Shown here piece by piece: positions 21,007 through 31,176 of a DNA stretch of 64,000 nt (its first letter is position 1; each line of letters begins with the position of its first letter). Location of the stretch: contig OY760142.1 in NCBI GenBank assembly GCA_963663225.1, positions 128,001-192,000 of the forward strand, read 5' to 3'. Below the pieces are notes generated by a model. It saw only the letters and a program-made list of their open reading frames with translations. It was not told where the DNA came from and made no database searches. The translations under genes were made by a program, and so were the position numbers. The DNA comes from Nitrospirota bacterium. GTDB taxonomy: Bacteria > Nitrospirota > UBA9217.

Positions 21007-21963
21007 TTATTGTTTCATGCCTGTCACTGTCTCCATGATTTTTTCTTTGATTCTCCTGATGTGTTCAGTGAATTTTCTCTGCGGTACCGCTGCCTCATGG
21101 ATTATAGCGCGGATCGTATCAAGTTGCGCGGTTGCGGCAACCTCTCCATGCCTGTATAACTCCCTGACATTGCTGAAATCCGCCCAGTGAACTCTGCCGA
21201 CATCCGGATGCAAGAGCACATCCGCGTCCTTGCCCACCAGTTCATTCAGATATACTCGGGTAACCGCGTCCGCCCGCAGAACGACATCGAGTCCCGATTT
21301 GTTTCCAAATGGTTCCATAACGCTCGAAACGTCCACCGCAATAACGATGTCAGCCCCCATTTCCCTCCCGCAGAGAACGGGAACCCTCTCCACCCATCCG
21401 CCGTCCACCAGCAGCATGCCCCGATCACTCACCGGGGGGAATATGCCCGGCAGGGAGCAACTCGCGCTGATAGCGGTGCGCAGCGATCCACTCGTGTAGA
21501 GAACCCGTTTTCCGTTCTGGATGTCCGTGGCCACGCAGCCGAAAGGGATTTTTGTCTGTTCAATGGAAATGTCGGGAATAATCGGATAGATGAAATCCCG
21601 GTATTCCTGTTCGCCGACAAAAGCCGATTTGGTCACGGTAACGCCCCAGAAGTACCCCTTACGGATCATCTGGGCCATATCACCGAAAAAACCCTGCTGG
21701 TTGTTGCCGGGCTGGTCGAGCCGCCTCAGAAATTCGAGGCGCGTTTTGCGCGAGTGAAAACTGCGGACAAACTGTTCCGCCCTTCCCATCCAGTAGACAG
21801 CATCCGGATGCGAGGCATAGAGCCCCCCGATCAAAGCGCCGAGACTCGTCCCGGTAATCATGTGGATGGGAATTTCAGCATTCTCCAGAATCTTCAGGAC
21901 ACCGAGATGGGCCAGCCCTCTCGCCGCACCTCCTCCCAACGCCAGGCAAATTTTCGGTTCCAT
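21007..21963 (-). CDS. Patatin-like phospholipase
   Basis: LGGGAARGLAHLG, GTSLG nucleophile motif, DGG. Confidence 0.93.
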   Translation of the reverse strand: MEPKICLALGGGAARGLAHLGVLKILENAEIPIHMITGTSLGALIGGLYASHPDAVYWMGRAEQFVRSFHSRKTRLEFLRRLDQPGNNQQGFFGDMAQMIRKGYFWGVTVTKSAFVGEQEYRDFIYPIIPDISIEQTKIPFGCVATDIQNGKRVLYTSGSLRTAISASCSLPGIFPPVSDRGMLLVDGGWVERVPVLCGREMGADIVIAVDVSSVMEPFGNKSGLDVVLRADAVTRVYLNELVGKDADVLLHPDVGRVHWADFSNVRELYRHGEVAATAQLDTIRAIIHEAAVPQRKFTEHIRRIKEKIMETVTGMKQ

Positions 21964-22063
21964 TTGAAATCCTCCTGCATCTGCGCCAAGCGCCTTTCAG
22001 CATGAATGTATCAATGATAGCATCGCAGTAAATCGGTGTAAAGATTTTTTGAAAATACCGTAC

Positions 22064-22092
22064 TTGACATACCGTAGAGCCCATGGTATGTT
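22064..22092 (+). promoter_or_regulatory. Sigma70 promoter predicting a leaderless transcript for the MarR-type gene
   Basis: TTGACA-N17-TATGTT with TGn extension; predicted +1 is the A of ATG 22099. Confidence 0.7.
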
Positions 22093-22098
22093 CAATAT

Positions 22099-22758
22099 AT
22101 GAACATCAATCGGACCCCGGCTGCCATCGATCATTTTAAGTCTTTGCAGATCCTCGATGAACTTTCGAGCAACGACTCGCTTACCCAGCGGGACCTCAGC
22201 AGCCGGCTCGGCATCGCCCTCGGGCTGGTCAACTCGTATATCAAAAACCTTGTTGCAAAAGGGTACATAACGGTAAAATCGATTCCGCCGAAACGATATG
22301 CGTATTACCTGACGCCGAAGGGTTTTGCAGAAAAAACCCGCCTGACGTACGACCTGCTGCACGATTATACCCGCATATATCGGGAGGCACGCAGCAATCT
22401 CAAGCAGCTGTTCCGGGAGCTAAAAGACAGCGGCGTCCGCAAGGTCGCTTTTGCGGGAGTGGATGAAATCGCGGAAATCGCATATATCACCCTGCACGAA
22501 ATGAACATGAAACTTGCCGCCGTGGTCGATGACGAAAAAGCAGGACAGACTTTTTTCGGAAGAACAATCCAGCCCGTAAAAATGCTTGCCACCGCTCCGT
22601 ACGACCGCGTTGTAGTGACGTCCTACCGGAAATCCGAAGAAATCTGCAAAAGCCTTCTCCAACTGGGTGTAGAGAGAAAAAACATCCTTCTGCATTTTGT
22701 GCAGCGGTCAAAAACCGCCGGCTGCCAGCAGAATGGAAATCAGCGTGACAATCCATGA
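22099..22758 (+). CDS. EPS-associated MarR-type winged-helix regulator with C-terminal Rossmann-like domain
   Basis: TQRDLSSRLGIALGLVNSYIK...YYLTPKGFAEK; heads the glycan cluster. Confidence 0.88.
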   Translation: MNINRTPAAIDHFKSLQILDELSSNDSLTQRDLSSRLGIALGLVNSYIKNLVAKGYITVKSIPPKRYAYYLTPKGFAEKTRLTYDLLHDYTRIYREARSNLKQLFRELKDSGVRKVAFAGVDEIAEIAYITLHEMNMKLAAVVDDEKAGQTFFGRTIQPVKMLATAPYDRVVVTSYRKSEEICKSLLQLGVERKNILLHFVQRSKTAGCQQNGNQRDNP

Positions 22759-24272
22759 CGGCCCCCTCCCCGCCCACAAAACATGAATTGACTTCCAGCA
22801 AGGTCCTTGTAAAGAATACCCTTTGGAATCTGATCGGCCAGGCATTACCGCTTGCCGTCGCCCTGCTCACCATTCCCCTCCTGATACGCGGCCTCGGCAT
22901 AGAACGATTCGGCATTTTGACCCTTGCCTGGACATTGATCAGCTATTTCAGCCTGTTCGATTTCGGCATCAGCCGCGCCTTGACGCAGTTCATCGCAGAG
23001 AAGCTTGCGGCCGGAAGCCGGGAAGATACATCATCCATAGTACGAACATCGCTCTGCCTTCTCTTTCTGCTCGGAGCAGTGGGGGGACTGGTCATGCTCA
23101 TGGCCGCTCCCTGGCTTGTCAATCACGTCCTGACCGCCCAGAACACGCCGCAGCGGGAGGTGCTCATTTCACTGGCACTGCTGTCGATCTCCGTCCCTTT
23201 CATTATATCAACCGCAGGTCTGTGCGGTGTTCTTTCGGCATACCAGCGGTTCGACCTTATTAACGCGGTGCGGATTCCGGCAAGCATAATAACGTTTTGC
23301 GGTCCCGCGCTTGTTCTGCTTTTTTCCGGGAGCCTGATTTTTATCATCACCTTCCTCGTATTCGAGCAAATCATCGTGTGCCTTGTCTATTGTATTCTCG
23401 GCCTGCGCGTGATGCCTGCGCTGAGAAAAGGAGGATGGTTGCCAGGACGGGGCATCATACCGCTGCTCAAATTCGGCACCTGGATGACCATATCCAATAT
23501 CGTCGGTCCCATCATGGTCTATATGGACCGTTTTTTTATCGGCGCCATCATATCATTGTCCGCAGTGGCATATTATGTGACCCCCTACGAAGTCGTCACC
23601 AAATTGTGGATCATCCCAGGCTCTCTGGTCAGCGTCATTTTTCCGGCCTTCGCATCGCACTTCCTGCACGACCGGGAAACGGTAAAGCTCTACTATGCCA
23701 GAAGCATCAAATACATATTTCTCGTTTTGTTTCCGGTCACCCTGCTGGTGATCTGCGTCGCTCATGAGGGGCTGTCACTTTGGCTCGGGACTGAGTTTGC
23801 CGATAATTCCACCCGGGTGCTACAATGGTTGAGTCTTGGGATATTTATCAATAGCCTTGCCCAGGTGCCTCTTACGCTTATTCAGGGAATCGGCCGGCCT
23901 GATGTTACAACCAAAGTACATCTTCTGGAGCTGCCCTGCTATCTCGCAGTTTTGCTGCTGCTTCTTTCCCGATACGGGATTGAAGGAGCTGCGATTGCCT
24001 GGTGTCTCAGAGTGACGATGGACGCAACTATCCTATTTATGCTTGCGCATCGCTTTCTGCCGGTTCCGTGCAAAGATATGCATCGCGCCCTGTGGATACA
24101 GTCAGCGGCAGCCTTCCTGTTCGCAATGGCCGCGCTGCCTCTGTCCCTGCTGCATAAAACATTCTTTCTGATAACCGTGCTTTTCTGTTTTATTATTTTT
24201 GCCAAATCAGCTATGATAACCAGCGAAGAAAAAGCCTGGATCAAAAGTACCTATGCAAATCTATTCCGGTAA
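22755..24272 (+). CDS. Wzx-type polysaccharide flippase
   Basis: KNTLWNLIGQ, LGIERFG, DFGISRA, YMDRFFIG; many TM helices. Confidence 0.9.
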   Translation: MTAPSPPTKHELTSSKVLVKNTLWNLIGQALPLAVALLTIPLLIRGLGIERFGILTLAWTLISYFSLFDFGISRALTQFIAEKLAAGSREDTSSIVRTSLCLLFLLGAVGGLVMLMAAPWLVNHVLTAQNTPQREVLISLALLSISVPFIISTAGLCGVLSAYQRFDLINAVRIPASIITFCGPALVLLFSGSLIFIITFLVFEQIIVCLVYCILGLRVMPALRKGGWLPGRGIIPLLKFGTWMTISNIVGPIMVYMDRFFIGAIISLSAVAYYVTPYEVVTKLWIIPGSLVSVIFPAFASHFLHDRETVKLYYARSIKYIFLVLFPVTLLVICVAHEGLSLWLGTEFADNSTRVLQWLSLGIFINSLAQVPLTLIQGIGRPDVTTKVHLLELPCYLAVLLLLLSRYGIEGAAIAWCLRVTMDATILFMLAHRFLPVPCKDMHRALWIQSAAAFLFAMAALPLSLLHKTFFLITVLFCFIIFAKSAMITSEEKAWIKSTYANLFR

Positions 24273-24276
24273 AGAT

Positions 24277-25338
24277 ATGTCAGAACAAGATTCTTCCATG
24301 ATGATTCGATCAACTCCCTGCCCCGCCTGCTCCCTGTGCGGTTCTCCGGGAACAGATTTGTACCGCAACCTAAAAGATCGGCTGTTCTCTGCATGGGGGA
24401 TCTGGAACCTTAAAAAGTGCTCCAACCCGCAGTGCGGGATCGTCTGGCTCGACCCGATGCCGTCGGAGCAGGACATCGGCAAAGCGTATCAGACCTATTA
24501 CACCCATACTGACACACCGGCTCACGCTCCCAGGAAGGGTGGCATCATGCCGTATTTGATGCGCTCGATCAAAAACAGCTATCTGGCGCGGACGTATGGT
24601 TACAATAAAAGGACCCTGAACTTTTTTCAGCGATCTCTCTGGCCTTTGGCGTACCTCAGCCTGAACGGACGAGTTTGGCTTGATTCAAAAGTCATGTACC
24701 TCCGGGCACCGTATAAAGGGCGGCTGCTTGAAATCGGTGCCGGCAGCGGGGAGCAGCTTGAAGAACTGATTGCGTTCGGATGGGACGGCGAAGGCATAGA
24801 CAATGACCACAATGCGGTCGAAAACGCCCTGAAAAAGCGGCTGCGGGTCCGCTGTGGAACCGTGGAAGCACAACGGTATCCGGACAATTCCTTTGATGTC
24901 ATCATCATGAACCATGTTATAGAACATGTGCACGATCCGCTCTCTCTTGTTGCAGAATGTTTCCGGATACTGCGTCCGGCAGGACGACTGGTGATCGTGA
25001 CCCCGAATATTTTGTCGCTGGGGCACCGTCTTTTCAAAGATGCCTGGTTTCCACTGGACCCTCCTCGGCATTTGCGGGTTTATACCCCCTCATCGTTGCG
25101 GAGCCTGCTCGGAAAAGCGGAGTTTGGGATCGAAACCGCACGCACATCGGCCAGAAATGCGAACGGCATCTTCTGGACAAGCAGGTCCATCAGACAATCC
25201 GGCAGGGGCACGATGAGCGCCGTCCCCGGCGTTCCACTCCGCACGGCAGCATGGTTCATGCTTTTTCTTGAATTGCTGCTGATGAAATTTGACTCGAATC
25301 TCGGCGAGGAAATCACACTCATTGCGAGAAAACAATAA
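24277..25338 (+). CDS. Class I SAM-dependent methyltransferase with N-terminal Cys cluster
   Basis: CSLCG...CSNPQCG, LLEIGAGSG, HVIEHVHDP, DPPRHL. Confidence 0.88.
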   Translation: MSEQDSSMMIRSTPCPACSLCGSPGTDLYRNLKDRLFSAWGIWNLKKCSNPQCGIVWLDPMPSEQDIGKAYQTYYTHTDTPAHAPRKGGIMPYLMRSIKNSYLARTYGYNKRTLNFFQRSLWPLAYLSLNGRVWLDSKVMYLRAPYKGRLLEIGAGSGEQLEELIAFGWDGEGIDNDHNAVENALKKRLRVRCGTVEAQRYPDNSFDVIIMNHVIEHVHDPLSLVAECFRILRPAGRLVIVTPNILSLGHRLFKDAWFPLDPPRHLRVYTPSSLRSLLGKAEFGIETARTSARNANGIFWTSRSIRQSGRGTMSAVPGVPLRTAAWFMLFLELLLMKFDSNLGEEITLIARKQ

Positions 25339-25361
25339 ACCATCCGCACAGGATTGCACGC

Positions 25362-26228
25362 ATGCCCGTTCAAAATAGCGTTAAAATCGCCGGTGTAACC
25401 GTTTTGTATCATCCCGATGAGTCGTTCAGGAAGAACATAGACTCCTACATTGACGACATCGATATATTATTCGTTATCGATAATACCGAGTCGCCGTTGC
25501 CGCAGGTACAGGAACAACTCCCGAAGAACAAAAGCATTTACATTCCTTACCATGAGAATCTCGGCATCGCTAAGGCTTTGAATGACGCAGCCTTGCTTGC
25601 CATGCAGCAGGGGTGCAGTTTCCTGCTGACCATGGACCAGGACAGCAGGGCGACTCCGGGGATGATTCCGCACATGCTTGCCTGTCTTCAACATGAAGAT
25701 ATAAACCGCATCGGCCTCATCTCGCCCTACCACCTCATGAGCCATCTGAAGGAAAAAGATCCTGCGCCCCGGACGTGCACCGAAGTGCTCACGGTCATGA
25801 CATCGGGAAATCTGCTGAACTTGTCCGCCTTCCGGGCAGTCGGAGGATTTACCGAAATGCTTTTTATCGATGCCGTAGATTTTGATTATTGTCTGAGATT
25901 GAACCAGAATGGGTTTCGAGTGCTTCTAGACAGCGATGCCCGCCTTATCCACCACCTGGGAAACGTCACTACCCACAATTTTTTCGGCCGCAGAGTCTAC
26001 GCAAGCCATCACTCCGCGGTAAGAAGATACTATATCACGCGAAATTATCTTTACATGATCAGAACGTTTAAATCCCAGTTTCCCGCCTTTTGCAGGTCGC
26101 TGTTAATTACAGTTCTGCTCACGCCCGTTGTCATTATCTTGTATGAGGAAGATAAATTCAGGAAGCTGCAAATGATACTTGCCGGTGCTTTTGACTATAT
26201 CAGGAAAAGATTCGGCCGCTTTCGATAG
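25362..26228 (+). CDS. GT2 rhamnosyltransferase (RfbF-like)
   Basis: NLGIAKALN, TMDQDS, TSGNL, LFIDAVDFDYCLR, RRYYITRN. Confidence 0.88.
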   Translation: MPVQNSVKIAGVTVLYHPDESFRKNIDSYIDDIDILFVIDNTESPLPQVQEQLPKNKSIYIPYHENLGIAKALNDAALLAMQQGCSFLLTMDQDSRATPGMIPHMLACLQHEDINRIGLISPYHLMSHLKEKDPAPRTCTEVLTVMTSGNLLNLSAFRAVGGFTEMLFIDAVDFDYCLRLNQNGFRVLLDSDARLIHHLGNVTTHNFFGRRVYASHHSAVRRYYITRNYLYMIRTFKSQFPAFCRSLLITVLLTPVVIILYEEDKFRKLQMILAGAFDYIRKRFGRFR

Positions 26229-26286
26229 TTCTCTGTGGAATAGTTCCCGGCACGGTCACGGACGGGCGGGAAGGGAAATGCTCCGT

Positions 26287-27231
26287 CTACACAATCAGCA
26301 GCAATGCAAAGCTCCTGAGCGCGCCGCTCCACCAGAAGCCATGCTTTACAACGCAATATCTCCGTTTCAGCCAGTTCAACGAGTTCAGATTCGCATACAC
26401 GCATACTGTTTCCCGTTTTCCAGCCGACAGCATGTGGCCGTACCGTTCCAGGAAAGACGTCGCCTGCCGCTGTGATTGGATCAGGAAGTTCCGATGGTTC
26501 CGCAGCCGCATCACGTTTCGGGTAATGTTTTTCAGATTCGTTCCCCATGTGGCACCCACGGCGTTGTGAGCATGCTGTCGGTATAAAACGGTCGGTTCAC
26601 TAAGGTATTGGCACCTTCCAAAACAGGCCGCCACCAAACCCAACCACCAGTCATGCATAAGGGCATCCTCGGGCATCGGCAAAGACAGTTCCAGCAGTTT
26701 CCTGTTCATCATAACCGTGCATCCGACTATAACGTTGCTCACCAGTTGGCGGGACAGCCGGGCGCCGTTCTTCGGACAAAACGACTGATGCTTCCAGTAT
26801 GAATACGTGATATTATTCAGCCTGTCATCCACGACCTTCATGTCCGTATAAACCAGCAACGGCAGCGTGCGGCCGTAGGCTTTTTCCATTGCCTTCATTT
26901 TTTGGAATGTTGTTTCGATTTTATGAGGCAGCCACACGTCGTCCTGGTCGCAAAACATGACATAATCGGAGGTCGCGTGTCCGAGAAGAACTCCGAAATT
27001 TCCACACGCACCTCTTCTGCGCTGGTCATCGGCAAGAAGGACGATTTTATTTGGATACTTTTGAGCATATGCTCTGATTACATCAGGCGTTCCATCGGTA
27101 GACCCGTCATCCCGGACAAGCAGCCGCCAATGGACATACGTCTGGTCCAGAATCGATTGAATCTGTTCCGGCAGGTATTTTTCTCCATTATACGTCGCAA
27201 GGAGGATATCAATAGTGGGGTAATTGCTCAT
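26287..27231 (-). CDS. GT2 glycosyltransferase (RgpB/WfgS-like rhamnosyltransferase)
   Basis: LLATYNGEKY, FCDQDDVW, HDWW, YRQH. Confidence 0.9.
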   Translation of the reverse strand: MSNYPTIDILLATYNGEKYLPEQIQSILDQTYVHWRLLVRDDGSTDGTPDVIRAYAQKYPNKIVLLADDQRRRGACGNFGVLLGHATSDYVMFCDQDDVWLPHKIETTFQKMKAMEKAYGRTLPLLVYTDMKVVDDRLNNITYSYWKHQSFCPKNGARLSRQLVSNVIVGCTVMMNRKLLELSLPMPEDALMHDWWLGLVAACFGRCQYLSEPTVLYRQHAHNAVGATWGTNLKNITRNVMRLRNHRNFLIQSQRQATSFLERYGHMLSAGKRETVCVYANLNSLNWLKRRYCVVKHGFWWSGALRSFALLLIV

Positions 27232-27340
27232 AATATGCGATTTGCCTTTGTACTGTCACTGTTCTGCATACAGCATGATTGCAAATAACCGACCAGGGAC
27301 TGATATTGCTAGCAGCATGCATCTGCATTACGAAAACAAT

Positions 27341-28537
27341 TCACTTTTTTTCCGCCGCACCGGAAGCACTCCTGAGCACCGTTCTTTTTTCAATCCACTC
27401 GAACAGGCCCTCAACAGCAGTAACAAATACGAGAAAAAAGCCGATCGAGGGCAGATACACCCGGTGTTCAAAGATGACATCGAGAATCGGTACGAAGCTC
27501 TGGGTCGGTGAGAGCGTGATGTAGAACCACGCGATGCCGAATGGAATCAATGTCCATTTTTTCTTCAGGTACAGCCAGAGTGCAACAGCTGCCATCAACA
27601 GATGGCCGATAAAGGAAAGGAGCGTCGGAAATTCGAACAGCGTTTTCGCGATGGGATAGCTGTAATCCAGGTTCTGGTTAATCGGGAATATCAGCAGCCG
27701 GATATACGTCCAGAGAACATTGAATGAGGTAAGCAGATAGGTCCAGCCGGTAATGCTTCTTTCGCCGCTGATGCCGAAGCCCGCACCGGACAGTTTTGTG
27801 GTCATTAACACATAGGCAATGAGCCCCCAGGGAAGTGCCACCAGCACGTATGCCTTCCAGCGGGAAAGAACAGGCCTGAATGATCCGTTCGAGATGAACA
27901 GGAAATCATACAGGAACAGCATCGCGGGCAGCGTTACTGCCCATTCCTTCGATTCCACGGCCAGCAGCGATGTAAAAAAACCGGCGATATACCAGGAAAA
28001 TTTATTGTTCTTTGCACCTTTGATGAACAGCAAAAAAGTGGCTAGGTAGAAAAATGCGGCCAGCAGTTCCGTGCGGCTGATAATGTACGTCACTGATTCC
28101 GTCTGCAGAGGATGCAGGCCGAACAGCAAGGCTCCGATCAATGCCATTCTTTTTGCCCTCTCGCCGTACCGACCATAGAGTGCAGGCAGGGTCAGGGTTT
28201 TCAAAACAAGCAAGTATACAAAATACGTGTTCAGTATATGCACGGTAATATTGAAGATGTGCCATCCCACCGGATTCAAACCGCTTATTTGATAATTAAA
28301 AAACAGAGACAGGTTTACAATCGGCCGGGTGCCGGAGAACATGCTGATGAAATTGCTCCAGGTGCAGCGTTTCAGCGCGGGATTATCTACGATCGCGGGA
28401 TTGTCGTCAAAATGAAAACTGGCGGTAAAGGTGTTCGAATAGGCAAGCAGGATAAAACCGGCGATACAGGCAAAAGCAATACGGTCGAAGTGCTTATACG
28501 CGAAAAAACGGTGTATTCTTTCTTCAAAAGCTTGCAT
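27341..28537 (-). CDS. GT-C fold membrane protein, TMTC-like protein glycosyltransferase lacking TPRs
   Basis: FHFDDNPAI, RPI, HPLQTESVTYI, SKE and EHRVYLPS motifs; the ORF ends soon after the last motif. Alternative GTG start at 28561. Confidence 0.75.
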   Translation of the reverse strand: MQAFEERIHRFFAYKHFDRIAFACIAGFILLAYSNTFTASFHFDDNPAIVDNPALKRCTWSNFISMFSGTRPIVNLSLFFNYQISGLNPVGWHIFNITVHILNTYFVYLLVLKTLTLPALYGRYGERAKRMALIGALLFGLHPLQTESVTYIISRTELLAAFFYLATFLLFIKGAKNNKFSWYIAGFFTSLLAVESKEWAVTLPAMLFLYDFLFISNGSFRPVLSRWKAYVLVALPWGLIAYVLMTTKLSGAGFGISGERSITGWTYLLTSFNVLWTYIRLLIFPINQNLDYSYPIAKTLFEFPTLLSFIGHLLMAAVALWLYLKKKWTLIPFGIAWFYITLSPTQSFVPILDVIFEHRVYLPSIGFFLVFVTAVEGLFEWIEKRTVLRSASGAAEKK

Positions 28538-28639
28538 CCTCGCCGAAAAACCTCCTGTCACAAAAAAAGTGTGTATAAAACTTTACCACGGTTCAAAAGC
28601 AAAGTAAAGAAAATGTATAAAAAAACGCCGGAAAAACTA

Positions 28640-29002
28640 TTATTCCTCTTTTGAACGTTGACGCAACGATTCTTGCAATTCCTGCCGCATGAGCGCTATC
28701 TCCTGGGCAAGTTGCTTGTTCTTTTCTGTTAATCCCGAAATGACCACTGAAAAATGCAGGGTGATCAGCAAAAGGAACAGAAAGGCAAGCAAAAAAAGCA
28801 GCGACGGAGGATAATAAATTCCCGCAAGCCGCGACAGGTATTCAAGCAGGTCCCGTGATACCGAAAGCAGCAGAAGTATGCCTCCTGCAAGGAGCCAGAG
28901 AATCGAGTACTTTTCCTTCAGCCGGCCTCTTCGGATAAGCTCAACAACGGTAAACAGAACAGCCCCGCTGCATGCAATCGCGGCAATCTTGAGCAGGTCC
29001 AT
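28640..29002 (-). CDS. DUF2304 family membrane protein
   Basis: IRRGRLKEKYSILWL, GIYYPPSLLF, C-terminal coiled coil LAQEIAL; follows a DPM1-like GT2. Confidence 0.88.
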   Translation of the reverse strand: MDLLKIAAIACSGAVLFTVVELIRRGRLKEKYSILWLLAGGILLLLSVSRDLLEYLSRLAGIYYPPSLLFLLAFLFLLLITLHFSVVISGLTEKNKQLAQEIALMRQELQESLRQRSKEE

Positions 29003-29005
29003 ACG

Positions 29006-29734
29006 CTACCTCACTTTTTTCATAAGGTCAATGAAAATGGCCAAAAGTACCTTTGTCATATAATATACGGAACGCACCGGAGTTATCGACGATTTGCCCC
29101 CGGTCCGCTCCCGCATCGTGACTGCCGTTTCTCTTATGCGAAAGTTCATTTTGTGCAGCAGAACAAGCGCTTCCACTTCAGGATAGTCATCGGGATACGT
29201 TCGTGCAAAGAAATTGATAATCTGCCTGTTTGCCGCGCGGAACCCGGATGTACTGTCCGTCACAGAAGTATCGAGAATCCGCGAGAGAATAAACGAAAAT
29301 ATCCAGATTCCGATGCCGCGGAAGGCGGAAGCCTTGTAGCCCTGCGGGGCGAGGAACCTCGACCCGATCACGATATCCGCCGTCCCCTCCTCTAGAGGCT
29401 GGAGAAGTTTCTTTATTTCTCCGGCAATGTGCTGTCCGTCGCCGTCGAACTGGATTGCAACGTCGTAGAAATTCCGCTGCGCATAGCGGTATCCCGCCTG
29501 CACCGCGCCGCCGATCCCCAGGTTGAACGGCAGATTCAGCACGTTGACGCCCATCTCGGCAGCAATCCGGCCGGTGGCGTCCCGGGAGCCGTCATTCACC
29601 ACAAGAATATCCGCGGCAGAGATGTTTTCGAGAAGGTCCCGGATCACCCCGGGAAGGCTTTCCTCCTCATTGTATGCGGGAATAATGACCAGTATTTTCA
29701 CCAATGGGCCTCGTACTATTTCGGTTTTTACCAC
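29006..29734 (-). CDS. DPM1-like GT2 (polyprenol-phosphate glycosyltransferase)
   Basis: IIPAYNEE, NDGSRD, NLGIGGA, FDGDGQH, DSTSGFRA; true start may be about 30 nt downstream. Confidence 0.9.
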   Translation of the reverse strand: MVKTEIVRGPLVKILVIIPAYNEEESLPGVIRDLLENISAADILVVNDGSRDATGRIAAEMGVNVLNLPFNLGIGGAVQAGYRYAQRNFYDVAIQFDGDGQHIAGEIKKLLQPLEEGTADIVIGSRFLAPQGYKASAFRGIGIWIFSFILSRILDTSVTDSTSGFRAANRQIINFFARTYPDDYPEVEALVLLHKMNFRIRETAVTMRERTGGKSSITPVRSVYYMTKVLLAIFIDLMKKVR

Positions 29735-29763
29735 AATCAGGGAACCGTTTCCGGCAAGGCTGG

Positions 29764-30789
29764 TTACTCTTTGAGCGCTATTTCTCGGGCGGATATACGG
29801 TATGCCCGGAACAGGCTGTACAGCTCCGAACGACTGATCCGCCTCAGCAGTGAGAAAGCCCGACGCTGCCGAATGACTCTGGGCAATGCTCTGAATGCGG
29901 AAAACCAGGCTTTGAGCAGGATGCCGAAAGCGCTGAGCACGGAATACTGTTCAGCAAATTTCCCACTTGCACCTTTGCCCGCAACCGCACCGAACAGGTG
30001 CAGCAACAAACGCTTTAGCGTGAAAAAAGGACTGACTGCAATAAGATCACAGGGATAATACTTCAACAGCACCCAGATTCTGTTCCGCTCGACCAGAAAC
30101 GCCTTGAACGGTGAATATGCGGACGAAGATGAGGAGTATTTATGAAAAACCTTTGCAGACGGTACATAGATGCACCCCCACCCGGCAAGTCTGGCGCGAA
30201 GGCCGATATCCACGTCATCAGCATAGGCAAAAAACTCTTCATCAAACAAACCGACGACATTCAACATCTCTCTGCGGTACAGCCCGGCACATCCGCTGGG
30301 AAAAAACGCTTCTTCGCGTCGGTCATACTGTCCTTGGTCCGGTTCCAGCCTTCCCTTTCCCCTCGCCAATCCATCCGGATATAAGAGGAGCCCCACGTTG
30401 TCAATTACTGACGGATTGTCATATGAAACTATCTTCGAAGCCCACATGCCGATATTTGGCGGGCCTTCTTCCGCTTCTTTCACCAGGTGCTCCAGCCATC
30501 CGGAATCTGCTTTTGTGTCGTTGTTCAAAAAAGCCAGGTACTTTCCCCGGGCGAATTCAGCGCCCGCGTTGTTTCCACCTGCGTATCCGCAATTTGTAGA
30601 AAGCGGCACGGTCCTGACTGCCGGATACTGACTGCGAAGATATTCCGCTGAACCATCCTGAGATCCGTTGTCCACCACGATCACTTCGAAGTTTTTAAAG
30701 CGCTGCGCTGCGAGAGAATCAAGACATTCCCCGAGAAGGTGTTTGCCGTTCCAATTCACGATAATTACCGAAACAAGGGGATACGTCAA
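29764..30789 (-). CDS. GT2 glycosyltransferase
   Basis: VSVIIVNWNG, VDNGS, GYAGGNN, FLNND, FFAYADDVD. TTG start chosen because ATG 30852 lies inside a -10 box. Confidence 0.88.
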   Translation of the reverse strand: MTYPLVSVIIVNWNGKHLLGECLDSLAAQRFKNFEVIVVDNGSQDGSAEYLRSQYPAVRTVPLSTNCGYAGGNNAGAEFARGKYLAFLNNDTKADSGWLEHLVKEAEEGPPNIGMWASKIVSYDNPSVIDNVGLLLYPDGLARGKGRLEPDQGQYDRREEAFFPSGCAGLYRREMLNVVGLFDEEFFAYADDVDIGLRARLAGWGCIYVPSAKVFHKYSSSSSAYSPFKAFLVERNRIWVLLKYYPCDLIAVSPFFTLKRLLLHLFGAVAGKGASGKFAEQYSVLSAFGILLKAWFSAFRALPRVIRQRRAFSLLRRISRSELYSLFRAYRISAREIALKE

Positions 30790-30847
30790 TGAGCAGCTCT
30801 TTTCTGATGTTTTCTTCAATTTTTGGCCGCACATATGCCTGCAGGCA

Positions 30848-30876
30848 ATCATAATCCATTGCTAAAAAAGAGTCAA
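30848..30876 (-). promoter_or_regulatory. Sigma70 promoter of the GT2-DPM1-DUF2304 operon
   Basis: TTGACT-N17-TATGAT on the minus strand. Confidence 0.6.
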
Positions 30877-30914
30877 CAAGTTCGCGCAATCTGAGAAGGA
30901 TGCATCTTCCATAT

Positions 30915-31090
30915 TCATCCAGCGAACACCACCACCACGAACCCCGCCAGCATCAAAATTGCCCCGAGCAGGCGTTCACGCATGTTCAGCTGGCGAAAGA
31001 GCAAAAAGCCATAAACTGTTCCAATCAGCAGGCTCGTGCGCTTTACCGCAACGGTGTACGCGACATTTCCCATGCTGACGTCGTACAGGT
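30915..31090 (-). pseudogene. C-terminal remnant of an EamA/DMT transporter
   Basis: VAYTVAVKRTSLLIGTVYGFLLFRQLNMRERLLGAILMLAGFVVV matches the last two helices of EamA proteins; no N-terminal part present. Confidence 0.65.
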
Positions 31091-31176
31091 TATGACACCG
31101 TGGCAATAATATCGAATATGGCAGGCGGTACGGCAGCCTGGAAGGCATGTTTCAAAGGAAAAACAGTATCAAACTA

